A stretch of 64,000 bases of DNA from Isurus oxyrinchus (Eukaryota), in NCBI GenBank assembly GCA_026770705.1, contig JANJGN010000007.1:109864001-109928000 (forward strand), read 5' to 3'. The position numbers and the translations under genes were made by a program. Below the pieces are notes generated by a model. The model did no database searches. It saw only the letters and a list, made by a program, of their open reading frames with translations, and was not told the DNA's origin. This document shows, piece after piece, positions 63,876 through 64,000 of the stretch; within the stretch, counting starts at the first letter, position 1; the number at the start of each line of letters is the position of its first letter.

Positions 63876-64000
63876 ACGTTATTGCATTGGCCTTTCAATT
63901 TAATTCACTAAATTTCCCTCAGCTGAAGCATCCTTCTTCACGATTTAGTTTAAAGCTTTATTCAAACAGAAAATGTCTGGTTGATCTAAGTGGATATCCG

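Noticed and set aside
1-64000. CRISPR arrays, rRNA or tRNA genes
   Set aside because: No repeat-spacer array or structured RNA gene seen; tRNA-like boxes belong to SINE heads

Overview
Vertebrate genomic DNA, very probably a cartilaginous fish (shark-type CR1/HER1 LINEs, HE1- and Deu-type SINEs, abundant Penelope elements). The window is part of a tandem cluster of non-rearranging immunoglobulin-superfamily receptor genes on the + strand. Gene A (4245-17953) can be spliced by hand into an intact 8-exon, 391-aa ORF: leader, a compact V domain with a germline-fused J-like motif (YYC...GNGTGTQLT, NKp30/NCR3-like), an antigen-receptor/MHC-type C1 domain, an uncharged TM, and a tail of one short exon plus three duplicated tyrosine-motif (ITIM) exons. 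Gene B (46436-54873) is its paralogue inside a segmental duplication (about 1-26030 vs 43985-62877) and carries at least six inactivating lesions. A third, much more diverged V-J + C1 relic (26841-27450) is not visible in the ORF track. The donor GT of tail exons 6 and 7 is also the Val codon of a YxxV motif, so splicing versus read-through would change the number of intact motifs. Two about 5-kb Penelope (RT + GIY-YIG) insertions each have inverted ends, a 14-bp target-site duplication and minimal hammerhead-ribozyme-like motifs; one forms a 5.3-kb palindrome between the C1 and TM exons of gene A. All gene models are manual and lack transcript support; repeat boundaries are approximate.
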